Shown one piece after another: positions 39,442 to 50,898 of a stretch of DNA of 50,898 nucleotides. This stretch comes from Eledone cirrhosa (taxonomy: Eukaryota), in contig CAXHJY010001370.1 in the NCBI GenBank assembly GCA_964016885.1, positions 1 through 50,898 of the forward strand. Reading direction: 5' to 3'. The notes beneath the pieces were generated by a model, which saw nothing but the letters and a program-made list of their open reading frames with translations, had not been told where the DNA came from and searched no databases. How positions within the stretch are numbered: position 1 is the first letter of the stretch; the number at the start of each line of letters is the position of its first letter. Made by a program: the position numbers and the translations under genes.

Positions 39442-39710
39442 GTGAATTCTGAGACAAGAACTTTACCATTAATAACGAAAGACTTCTCAGCTGAATTATC
39501 TGTTGGTTGGATAACACTAACTACTAAATATGGTTTGTCTGTAAGATATGATGGTGTCCATCAAGCTCAGGTCACTCTACCAACTTCATTTGCTAATCAA
39601 ATAACTGGTATTTGCGGCGACTGTAATGGTAAACAAGATGATTTAGCACCTGCACCAAATGGTAAAGTATCTATTGTTGGAGAAGTTTTCCACGTGGATT
39701 CAGGAACTGT
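39442..39710 (+). CDS. VWD domain, second exon
   Basis: GLSVRYDG...TGICGDCNGKQDD; attcag| ... |gtatgt; phase 0-2. Confidence 0.9.
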
Positions 39711-40056
39711 GTATGTAACAGAATAAAATTATTTACTTATTTCTTTATTTACTATCTCTCTAAACCCCTCACGCAATCGCTCACTCATGTTCGCCCTAAC
39801 GGACACTCTCTCTGTGTAATATATTTGTATTTGAGCTCAGATGAAAATTCTCTGTTCTTCTTCGAGCTAATATTATTATTACTGTGAACTGCGGAATACT
39901 TTAATTCCGATATTTGTATATTTAACGAGCTCCAGTTTGTTGAGCTAAGAAATTCGAATGGTTGGGCTGCTCTCTCTAGCATTTTCCCCCAATTTATGAG
40001 AGCCGTTATTTGATGCAAATAACACGTGATTTCTTTCGCCCTACGCTGGACAACGT

Positions 40057-40127
<71 letters not shown>

Positions 40128-40483
40128 AATTTACCTTAAAACGTGTGTGTGTGTATGATAAAGTTATATCTGGATATATACAGAGTGTATAACCGAGACT
40201 GCACAAAAGTGAATAAATATGTACACATATCTAAAATTTTGGCATGTAACCGCGCCAGAAAACACAAAATTCACTGTTGCTTGAGAAAATGAAAAACACC
40301 CTTTCCTAGCTCTAATTAGATCTTCGTCAGAAGGTGTGTGTATCATCCCTCAATCACAAGGAAACATGTATTTGATATTTATATATCCTCATTCGCTCTT
40401 ATTATAGGTAATTTGAATGTAATAATTTTGATGATAATAGTGACCTCACCATTGGCGACCATACTATTAACAACGATGATCAT

Positions 40484-40550
<67 letters not shown>

Positions 40551-40809
40551 GAATAATAAAATGTGAAGTAGTTTCAGATGTTTAAGGTTAATATATATAT
40601 ATATATATGGAATCGAAATGGTTGCATCGATATTTTAATCAGAATATTGTACAACAAATTAATCAGAATGATTTCCTCAACGTCCTTTTTCCTGAGGCAA
40701 ACCCAAACAGAAATATGTGTGATACTCAATTTTATAACTATATATTGTATAAATATAAATCATTTCTATGTTTATTTGTTCTTTTTTAATTTTTGCTGCT
40801 TACATTTAG

Positions 40810-41075
40810 TTGTATGCCTGGACCAATGCCTCTGCCATGTAATCAATCAAAAGTAGCTGAATGTGATGCTATCTTCAAACATCCAGTGTTTCAAGAATGT
40901 GTTAACACTATTGGTAACGAAATTGTTGCCAATCTACAGAACTCATGTCCAGTCAGTTTATGTTCAGCCCAAAATAAGGAAGATGAATTAGAAAAAGCAT
41001 GTCAAATGTCTGAATTCTTTGCTAGCGAATGTGAAAAAGTTGGCGTTATAGTAAACTGGAGATCAGCATCTTGTC
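40810..41075 (+). CDS. C8 domain exon
   Basis: C..IF..P.FQEC...C..SLC...AC...FASEC...V.WRS..C; phase 2-1. Confidence 0.9.
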
Positions 41076-41110
41076 GTAAGTTTTTCATTCCCATACTCCA
41101 TTTATACACA

Positions 41111-41221
<111 letters not shown>

Positions 41222-41222
41222 T

Positions 41223-41255
<33 letters not shown>

Positions 41256-41279
41256 ATATATATATATATATATATATTT

Positions 41280-41359
<80 letters not shown>

Positions 41360-41360
41360 T

Positions 41361-41884
41361 CAAGGTTTAGCAAATAAGAAAAAGTTTTAAAATAAATTAA
41401 AAAGAATTCACTGTACCTGCTATGGTTACCTTTACCGTACGGTTTCAAGTCTCAAAAATAAATGGATAGTCCTTATGGGCCTCCATTGAAAAGAAAGACT
41501 CTCGTCAGAAAGTTCTTTTCACTTGGAGGATATAAAATTCCCGAGTTCGAATTACGAACTGGCGCTATTCAAAATTGTTCCCGAGATGAGAGTGAATGAT
41601 ATAGAAGCAATTCTGTCCAGTGCCGTGTGCAAAGATAGAAGGCAGAGGCGGAAAGGTCAATCCACTGCCACTAGAAATAGCAGCAGTCAAAATGATCAAA
41701 ATGTTATCTCGACCAGGGGAGATTAATAATAATAAAGTATATATCCCTACATGCAAAATACATATAGGGACACATGTATTATTCAACCATATGCCAATGT
41801 GGTTCTATGGCAGGTTAATAAGTTAACGAGCCAGAACATATATAATCAAGGTTTAGCAAATAAGAAAAAGTTTTAAAATAAATT
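41361..41884 (-). mobile_element. Retrozyme-like unit (486 bp period, ~38 bp terminal direct repeat) in (TA)n
   Basis: CAAGGTTTAGCAAATAAGAAAAAGTTTTAAAATAAATT at 41361 and 41847; hammerhead inside. Confidence 0.72.
41428..41513 (-). ncRNA. Type I hammerhead ribozyme with palindromic stem III
   Basis: Minus strand: ACTTT-CTGACGA-GAGTCT...AGACTT-GAA-ACCGTACGGT-A-AAGGT; GUA site. Confidence 0.82.
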
Positions 41885-42800
41885 TTATATATATATATAG
41901 GTGTGTGTGTGTACCCCCATATATATAAGCATTCGAAGGAGTTTACATCTATGAAGGCACTGGTAATACGCATAAATAATTCAAGCAGTAATGATAAATA
42001 TTCTTAACTTCCACGTTGTGTTGGCTTGCCTTTTCTCCTATCTGCTACCCGCTGGCAACCAAAACGTAACACAGGCAATCCAAATCCAAATGATGCTAGT
42101 TTCTTACAATGAAATTTGGATGACATATAAAATCGGTCGTTCACAACAATATGTAGTTTAACGCTAAAACGAGTCCATCACAACAACGTTACTGTGGATC
42201 AGGAGATATTGAAATCCGATGCATCGTTTCATGCGCATATTACCAAGATGATGGCAATGTGCAGATCCTGGAAATACTAGCACCATACCTTGGCTCTGAG
42301 ATCTGGACCAACCCTCAAACCGGATGTCACAGCATAATGCCAAAGGTCCGATACTCCACATCAAGTGTAAGGATCAAATACTGCAATAGTGTGGATTTCA
42401 ATGACACCCAACTCTTTAATATGTTTCTAATAGACCTACATAGTGTGGTTGAGTTGTTTTCAAGTGTCAACTCAACATTCTGCTATTTAAGATCTGAACT
42501 GAACCCATGGCACGCCAAGAGGCCCACACGCGGCCGGCACAGTACAATTTCCTTATGCATTAATGGCCAACCACAGAAGTACGGCCACAGAAAATATAGT
42601 AGCAATGGCAGCTGGAACAAGGAAAGGAAAAATAAAAGAAAACAATATTTATTTAACAAAAATTATTGTAGAATAACTTAGGTAAAGGGCCTTTAGAGAG
42701 GAAAGAAAAGTGAAGCTGTATATATTGAAAGTAATATTTCGTATTTCTTTATTTCCCTTTATACAAAATTATCATTCAAAAATTCAATTCATGATTCTAG

Positions 42801-42991
42801 CGAAAATTTGTCCCAACAACCAAGAATTCAAGAGCAAGGTATTAAGTTGTCAGCCATCTTGTGATAACAAGACCCCCAACTGTACCACTTACACCGAGGG
42901 TTGTGTGTGTAAATCCGGTTTTATCTTCAGTGGAGGTGACTGTGTTCCTGAATCAGAATGTGGTTGCTTCACTAATGGTATTTACATGAAA
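42801..42991 (+). CDS. TIL domain exon
   Basis: CPNNQEF...CQPSC...EGCVCKSGFIFSGGDCVPESECGC; phase 1-0. Confidence 0.92.
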
Positions 42992-43179
42992 GTAAGTGAA
43001 TTTTATATAACTTCCATTTTCCTAAATCCTTTCGTGATTGTGTTCATAATAAACATTGGCTTGCTTGTGTTATAGGGTTGTAGTAGCTGAAAGAAAGGTC
43101 TCTGTGGGTGGTGCACGTGTATGCGTCAAACAGAGAACTCGAATACAGAACCTTCCATGATAATGTTATTACAGCGTTA

Positions 43180-43430
43180 GATGTAGTTAAGACAGTCATA
43201 TATCCTAATGGAAGACTTCAATGTACATATTGGCTCTGACCTTATGACATGGAAAGGAGTAATTGGAGGGACCGGCAATCCCAATCTAAATACGAATGGA
43301 GAGGTCTCATTAGAATAGTGTTGTAGTAATGGATTCTCTATAAACATCTTCTTCCAGCATAAAGGCATCCATAAATACACATGGTATAATGGAAATCGGG
43401 GATAGAAATCAATAATTGATCTTGTTTTGT
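43180..43430 (+). mobile_element. Decayed RTE-type LINE endonuclease fragment
   Basis: Translates as LMEDFNVHIGSD..TWKGVIG...FFQHKGIHKYTW...SIIDL with stops. Confidence 0.72.
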
Positions 43431-43659
43431 TATTGTTCCTGACAATGATATGGTACATAAACTTAATGGTGCATAACTTTATATATTTTCATAACGTTGT
43501 TTTATTATGCTGAAGATTTCAATATATTTCATTGTTAAAAACGTCGATTATATTTTCAACTTCGTTCTATATTTAAGCCTTTTTAAAGCGTATCACTTGA
43601 ACATGTATTGTGATAAGCAGAATGATATGAAAATGTTTATTTTGTTTTTCTTTCCTTAG

Positions 43660-43843
43660 CTTCATGAAGAAATCTACTTCTCTGATTGTCTTACTTTATC
43701 AAAATGTCAAAAAGGTGGAAAAGTTGTGATAACTAAAGTCGCACCATGTCAAGCTAACAGTGAATGCAGAATTGAAAGTGGGAAACGTGCATGCGTCTGC
43801 AAAGAGGGATACTCTCTATACAAAGAGAAATGTGAAAATCTAG
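43660..43843 (+). CDS. TILa/EGF-like exon (…PCQANSECRIESGKRACVCKEGYSLYKEKCENL)
   Basis: ccttag| ... |gtacga; phase 0-1 fits its neighbours. Confidence 0.87.
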
Positions 43844-44560
43844 GTACGACGTACATTTCATAACGATTATTGCTTTATAAAATTGGAAGGATGTCACAAT
43901 TTGGGAAACATATATAGTCGAACAAATGGCTCCAATACTTTTTTAGTTCTATTTTGTCAACCGCGGTAGGATGAAAGGCAAAATCAAGCTTGTCACGAAT
44001 CGAAACCAGAATGAAAAGTGTGAAACTATACACAAAAAACCATTTTGTCCAAGCATCAGCTGCACACATTCTATTTTGGTTTTTGCTTTGATAAATACAA
44101 ACACTTTTAGTTTAATAAATCTACATGAAATATACCGATAATGAACTGTCAGATCAGAATTTGTTTGAGGCAGTTGAAAACAGAGAAAGACTCCATCCCC
44201 GCGTCACCCACAAAAACATCTTCTTACATTCTATGTATTTGACTTGCCTGCAGAATTAGTTGCATCGCAATGATGTATGAGAGTGGTAAATTGAAACGGT
44301 CATTAGATCAGTTGCTTCAGCTTCTGCCTTCTGACTTCAAATCCTTCCAAGGATAACTTTGCCTTGTATTGTTTCGAAGTCAATAAATAAAGGGCCATTC
44401 ATATATTGGAATCTACTGTTCTCTCTCACCCTCTCTATCTTTTGACACTCGGAATAGGCAATGCCACTCTGTTATAAACGGTACAGACAAACACATGTCC
44501 CTTTCACCAGAAATTAAGAATGGTTGAGCGTGAAAAACTGAAACCATCGAGGGAGAGCAT

Positions 44561-44619
<59 letters not shown>

Positions 44620-45032
44620 ATATGTGTGTGTGTATATGTGTGTGTGTGTGTAGTTATTTAAAACAATTAAATATTAACTGAATGAGCATTCAATATTGGT
44701 GAACAGAGTGTAGAAGTTTATTTCTTAAGTAGAAAAGTGACATCACTTCGAAGAATTCATTAAGCCTCAACCTCATGCTCCCTCAGTCACTTATATAGCT
44801 TTGCAGCTTTAATATATATATATATTACAATACATTAGCTCATTTTCATTATTTAGAATTCTCTTTTCTTGTTTTCTCCCATTACATCTTTTTTCTACAC
44901 AGCCGGATGGCTGGAACAGGTAAAAGAGTAAAAGATACACACACACACTCAAATTGGGTCGTCAGGTATGATTTTTGTAGAAATTTATAGGAAAGAAAAC
45001 AAATTTCTACAAAGTTCATACTTGATGACCCA

Positions 45033-45106
<74 letters not shown>

Positions 45107-45139
45107 TTGAAATGAGTCATATTGTGCTTATATTTTTAG

Positions 45140-45376
45140 GTTTGGGAACATTTATCCGAGTCCAACGAGCATTACTTCAAATAAGTCCGTTTTACACTTA
45201 CCATGCATCACACCCAAACAACTGCGCAAAGAAATGTCTGCAAATTAACGAATGCTTGTCATTCAATTATAACAATGAGAATGATATCTGTGACCTCTTC
45301 TCAGAAGATGCTTTCGAGAAAAACACCTTGCAGTCAGATGATTGCGAACATAGTGACTATTATCAATTGAAGAAAG
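45140..45376 (+). CDS. PAN/apple domain exon 1
   Basis: CAKKCLQINECLSFNYNNENDICDL; ttttag| ... |gtatgt; phase 1-1. Confidence 0.88.
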
Positions 45377-45538
45377 GTATGTAATTGCTGTAGTAATATC
45401 AGACCATAACAGAAGGGATGGGGATGGCGAAATCATGTAGTATGAACTTACGATTAAGAACAAGGAGGACGGGAACTCAATATCAAGTTCTTTTATTCTG
45501 TTCCGTTACTTGTAATTATAATGTGTACATCAAATGTA

Positions 45539-45911
45539 CTCCCAAGTCTTGAATAATCGTCCCCTCCCGCTTATTATTTTTTCAGACCCCACCTCTGCTT
45601 TTATTCCACCTCACCCTCGCTTATTAAATTTTGCTAATCTATCTCCGGCGAAATTTTATTGTAAGTGATTCATATTGATACAGCAGCTGGAGAATCTAAT
45701 AATATTTTTATTTTACATTAAAAAAACACATTATATATGACAAAAAAAAAAGAATATTACAAGAAATCCCATATTTACGAACGTACACTATACAATTACC
45801 GATTTTCCATTTCCCCGTTTATTCCAATCCCCTTCCCCGGTTATAAGAATTTAAGAAAATATCCCCCCCCCCCGCTTATTCCAACCCTCCCAATTATTTG
45901 GGACCCGAGAG
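45539..45911. mobile_element. Diverged TA-flanked MITE
   Basis: TA-CTCCCAAGTCTTGAATAAT / ATTATTTGGGACCCGAGAG-TA imperfect TIRs. Confidence 0.6.
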
Positions 45912-46232
45912 TACATATATATATAAATTGATTTGACACTAACCTATATTTCACATTTGCCTATTATCTGCGTTACTCTAGTAGTAGTAGTATTGGGTGG
46001 TGGTGGTGGTGGTGATGGTGGTTGTGATGATGGTAGTAGTAGTGCTTTTGTTGTTTGAGTGGTTAGAGAATCGGATTCGCAATCAATCATGCGGTTGTGC
46101 ATTATGTCCTTGAGGAAGACACTTTATTTCAAGTTGCTCTCCTGCCTGGATTTGCGACGGTAGATATTAGCAATTGGGAAGACCAATGGAAACATTGTTT
46201 CCTCGGTCTGATTTAACGAGCTCCACCCCACC

Positions 46233-46281
<49 letters not shown>

Positions 46282-46434
46282 TTGCACTTTCTACTTCATC
46301 TTTTATTTCTTATTCTATCTTCTGGTGAAGGAGTAGTGTCGCAAACGTTAAAACTAATTTCATATTATTTCAAGCTTTAAACTAAAATATTTCTTCATTG
46401 TGCTGGGGCGTTTGCTTTGTTATTTCTGTTTACT

Positions 46435-46535
<101 letters not shown>

Positions 46536-46573
46536 TATATATATATAAATATATAAACCGATATTACTTTCAG

Positions 46574-46786
46574 ATACATTAAATGTAATCAAAGGAGCGA
46601 CACTGAGTAGTTGTGAAGAAGGAGAGTACATTGAAGACATTGAATCGAGAGCAGAATGTGAAAAGACGTGTATATCACAGAATTGCAACGCTCTTGATTA
46701 TTCAGTAACCCAAAAGCATTGTTATATCGTACCAGCAAGCATGAAGTTTTACGATTTATTCGGGCACAAAGACTTGATATACGTTG
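46574..46786 (+). CDS. PAN/apple-like domain exon 2
   Basis: ECEKTCISQNCNALDYSVTQKHCYI; tttcag| ... |gtaagt; phase 1-1. Confidence 0.85.
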
Positions 46787-47124
46787 GTAAGTTCACTGTC
46801 GGTATATAAACCACCTTGAAATAAAGTTTAGTATTTTCACATTTAATTATAAAATATTTGCGTTCCACACTGAAGAAAATTAGAAAATAAGAAAATCAAA
46901 CTGAATTTTATTGGATTATTAATTAATTGATTAAATGTATGAATAAATAAGGCGACGAAATAGGGAGTTAAGTTTTGCAGTATTTACTTTAGTTCCTTAT
47001 GTCCCGAGCTGAAATCCCGCCGATGTCAACTTTGCTTTTCATTATCTGAGACCGTGGAGGGTGGTGGTCTGCCGGTATCGTAAGAATGTATTTTTTCTGA
47101 TCCTTTGTATCCAGAATTAATATA

Positions 47125-47300
47125 CCGTATTTCCCGGCACCGAAGACGCTTCGTCCTCGAGGACGCAACCTAATTTCGACAATTTCGACAACCCGAAATT
47201 TCAAAACAATAGTAAACAACCTTCGGCCTCCAGGTCGCATGGTAGATTTTTGAGATTTATTTTAGGAAAAAAGTAGCGCTTTCGACGCCGGGAAATACGG
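47125..47300. mobile_element. Tc1/pogo-type MITE with TA duplication
   Basis: TA-CCGTATTTCCCGGC ... GCCGGGAAATACGG-TA. Confidence 0.82.
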
Positions 47301-47644
47301 TACCGCTGCATCCTACCAGCCACAATGGAACGGACTAAATGTACATGCGTAGTTAACATCAAGCAACCATGAATAGCATTAATTTGATCCATAATAGCCA
47401 AGCTGTTGAGATCAGATATTACCTTATGTTGATGATATAAACTACGAGATATGGAGGCAAATATATTGTTGCTTTAATTGAGCAGATTTAAAAGCATTCC
47501 AACCATCACGAACCTGTTTTTGTTTTAGTATATTGTCAAATCCTTATTTCATATTTAGTGATTATAGGTTGCGATGTGTGTTGTCTTGCCAAAATTAATT
47601 TTATGACTTATATTTTAGAGACATTTTGGAATAAAATGTGAAGC

Positions 47645-47749
<105 letters not shown>

Positions 47750-48873
47750 ATGTCTGTCTGTCTGTCTGTCTGTCCATCGATCTGTCTGTAGATTGGTGGT
47801 CATTTCAGTGTTATATGTGTTGGTTAAGTATATAGTACTGCGTAGGAGACAAAATATGAATCTGTAACGTGTCGAGCGGCTGACGAGTGTTCCTAAAACC
47901 TCTGCAACCATTTTGATGTTTTCTCTAGAGATAAATTGATGGTATTACGCCAGTTATCTATAAAATTTAGCGGATGATTAGAGGCTTATGCCAGGCATAT
48001 AAATATTAAAATATTTTCAGAAGTTCCGGTACTTAATGTCATTTGTAATTCATCAGTAGAGATTATGTATTTTTTCTTTTTTATTTGCAATGTTTCCTTA
48101 ATTTTATTGTATCCCAGGGAGTCATACACGAATGTGTTAGCACGGAGTATGGCGAGGAGGATGCCCTCATAGAACTATTCTAAGAATAGGGATCATGTCT
48201 ACGATTGGCTATTTCTACCACAATAAAGTTAAGTAGGGAAATGGCTCAGGGGATCCGAATATATGTAAAGCAATTGATGCCTGTCAGATAAAATGCCCTG
48301 CGCTGCGCAGATTTGAACGCACGATATACGAAATGTTAATCCAATATGATAACAAATTAGCCATTTGAGTATTTTGTATCCTTTCTATGTACTCAATAAA
48401 TTACAGAATTCGCCTACTGATAATCTATTTAATGTCAAAGGATGTTATGTTAAATCGGGTTGTGCTAATAAGCCTAGTTGTTTCTTTTGATAAGAAACCG
48501 CATGAAACTCTCCCAGATTCAGTGATACAAAGTCGTGTATTACGCTTTTCATATATATTATATATCAAAAAACCTTTCATCAAAATCTAACGATCCTTGC
48601 TAAGTTTCAAATATCGGATAAATAATGAAAAAGTTAGTTATATTAATAAACAAACGAACATTCTTGACTATTGTAAACATTATTTGAAAACCATAGTCAG
48701 TGTCTTTTATTAAAATATGATAACGCAAAGGTTAATGGGTATTATGTTATTAATCAGCATGAGGTGATGGAATCACAGAAACTGAAGTATTTCGTCTATT
48801 ACGAAACTATTTTGAAGAAAATATTCATGTTTTAAAGAAATATAAAGGTTTTTATGTTTTATATATTTTGCAG

Positions 48874-48899
48874 ATAATCTTCAAGGACCTATATCATAA
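48874..48899 (+). CDS. Probable terminal exon (DNLQGPIS-stop)
   Basis: Strong acceptor ttttgcag|, phase-1 compatible, AATAAA at 48937. Confidence 0.5.
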
Positions 48900-49116
48900 A
48901 CTATATCACCCATGGGCATTATAATTTTAATACACGAATAAATATTTCGATTATCTATGAAAAGTTTTTATCTTTCTTATTATTATTCTTGCTCTTGTTG
49001 GTGTTATGAGAACAAAGTATTGCTGCTGTTGTTATTTATGTAGCTGCTGGCGGCCCTAAATAAAACTGGGATTTATGTTGCTGCTGTTGATATTGATGCT
49101 ATTACTACCACTATTT

Positions 49117-49143
49117 ATGTATATATATACATATATATATATA

Positions 49144-49236
<93 letters not shown>

Positions 49237-49303
49237 GTATGCATGTATTTGTATGTATGTATGTATACGTATGTATGTATATATATATATATGTGTATGT
49301 ATG

Positions 49304-49336
<33 letters not shown>

Positions 49337-49474
49337 ATATATATGTGTATATATATGTATGTATGTATATATATATGTGTATATATATGTATGTATGTAT
49401 ATATATATGTGTGTATATATATATATGTATGTATATATATATGTGTATATATATGTATGTATATATATATGTGT

Positions 49475-49508
<34 letters not shown>

Positions 49509-49553
49509 GTATGTATATATATATATGTGTATATATATATATATGTATGTATG

Positions 49554-49584
<31 letters not shown>

Positions 49585-49593
49585 ATATATATG

Positions 49594-49626
<33 letters not shown>

Positions 49627-49641
49627 GTATATATATATGTG

Positions 49642-49672
<31 letters not shown>

Positions 49673-49691
49673 ATATGTATGTATGTATATA

Positions 49692-49730
<39 letters not shown>

Positions 49731-49797
49731 ATATATATGTGTATATATATATATATATATGTATGCATGTATATATATATGTGTATATATATATATA
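49117..49797. repeat. Compound (TA)/(TG)/(TATG) microsatellite
   Basis: Directly visible. Confidence 0.95.
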
Positions 49798-49971
49798 GTT
49801 AGGAAAAACAAAAAACAGACAAACGCAGGAGTAAATGTTACAAATATTATTAGTTTCACGCTTATATATATATATGCCAATAAAAAATATAAACATTTAA
49901 CGTGATAATTATTAATTTCTCTCTATATATATACGCACACACACACACACACACCCAAACACACACACACC

Positions 49972-50028
<57 letters not shown>

Positions 50029-50106
50029 TATCATATTTTAAAACTAAAGTGATAAATAAGTTCTTCTAATTTCTTCTGACATACTTTATTAACATTATTT
50101 TGCAAT

Positions 50107-50292
50107 TGGATTGGCAGTATCGGTAGAGGATCGGACGCCATGCTTTCCAGCATAGTTACGTCCCTTTACAATCTGAGTTCAAATCCCGCCGAGGTTGACT
50201 TTGCCTTTCATCCTTACGGGGTCGATAAAATAAAGTACCAGTAATACACTGGGTAATTGCTGGCCTTGTGCCTAAAGTAGAAACAATTATTT
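50107..50292 (+). mobile_element. Young tRNA-derived SINE
   Basis: Near-identical to 21955-22135. Confidence 0.87.
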
Positions 50293-50320
50293 TGCACACA
50301 ACCAAGGCATCTAAACTCTC

Positions 50321-50409
<89 letters not shown>

Positions 50410-50529
50410 CTCTCTCTCTCTCATATATATATGCGTGCGTGTGTATGAGAGTATAAATGCCTTTATTAGTGAGCAAAATAATATATTAATGAAGTATAAA
50501 ATAATATATGAGAGGACGAGTGTGTCAGT

Positions 50530-50898
50530 TTTCGCAGTCCTCTCAAGGAAGCCTGCACATTGCATTCTATATGTAAATGGAGTTCCTCTGAAGCAGGTGG
50601 AGAAGTTCAAGTATCTCCGGGCTGTGTTCACGAGTGATGGAAGCAAGAGGCTGAATTAAGTGCAAGAATTGCAGGAGATGGTGCTAGCTTCAGCATTTGG
50701 TAATCAGAAGGGAGGCAGGTGTAAAGGTCAAACTTGCTATCTTCAAATCGGTATGGTAATGAATCTTAGGCAATGACCGAAATAATATGATCGCGCATAA
50801 AAGCGGCCGAAATGGGTTTCCTCCAAAGAGAATTTCGAGTAACACTACTGCGTAGCTTGGAGATCAAAGAGAATTGAAAGATCACAGCTCCGATATTA
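50530..50898 (+). mobile_element. Decayed RTE-type LINE, RT C-terminal fragment
   Basis: VNGVPLKQVEKFKYLRAVFTSDG motif. Confidence 0.72.

Noticed and set aside
40295-40340. Minus-strand CTGACGA...GAAA motif, and partial motifs near 6262, 24120 and 46322
   Set aside because: Stem III, core or cleavage triplet missing.
44903-44919. Possible 17 nt micro-exon (ctacacag|CCGG...CAG|gtaaaa)
   Set aside because: It would shift the frame between two phase-1 exons.
48118-48140. Alternative terminal exon (GSHTRMC-stop)
   Set aside because: Plausible acceptor, but 48874 is preferred for its closer AATAAA; not excluded without RNA data.

Overview
AT-rich, microsatellite-dense eukaryotic DNA; the repeat content suggests an octopus or other cephalopod (inference). 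The + strand carries the 3' part of one large spliced gene for a secreted, cysteine-rich mosaic protein: EGFx3 - VWA - EGFx11 - VWD - C8 - TIL - TILa/EGF - PAN - PAN. It is zonadhesin/FCGBP/mucin-like, has two further dead EGF exons, and its 5' end lies outside the window. One intron holds two full-length, diverged Tx1-clade non-LTR retrotransposons head-to-tail (7647-13388 and 13481-19283). Both sit in, and end directly on, (ATCT)n repeats, which suggests a tetranucleotide-targeting family. The other introns hold Penelope-like or retrozyme-like elements (palindromes, ~470-490 bp direct-repeat units and one GIY-YIG-coding copy). These carry at least six distinct type I hammerhead ribozyme motifs, including non-canonical cores. 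There are also tRNA-derived SINEs, a decayed mariner, four MITEs and RTE fragments. All exon boundaries, folds and family calls were made by eye and were not computed.
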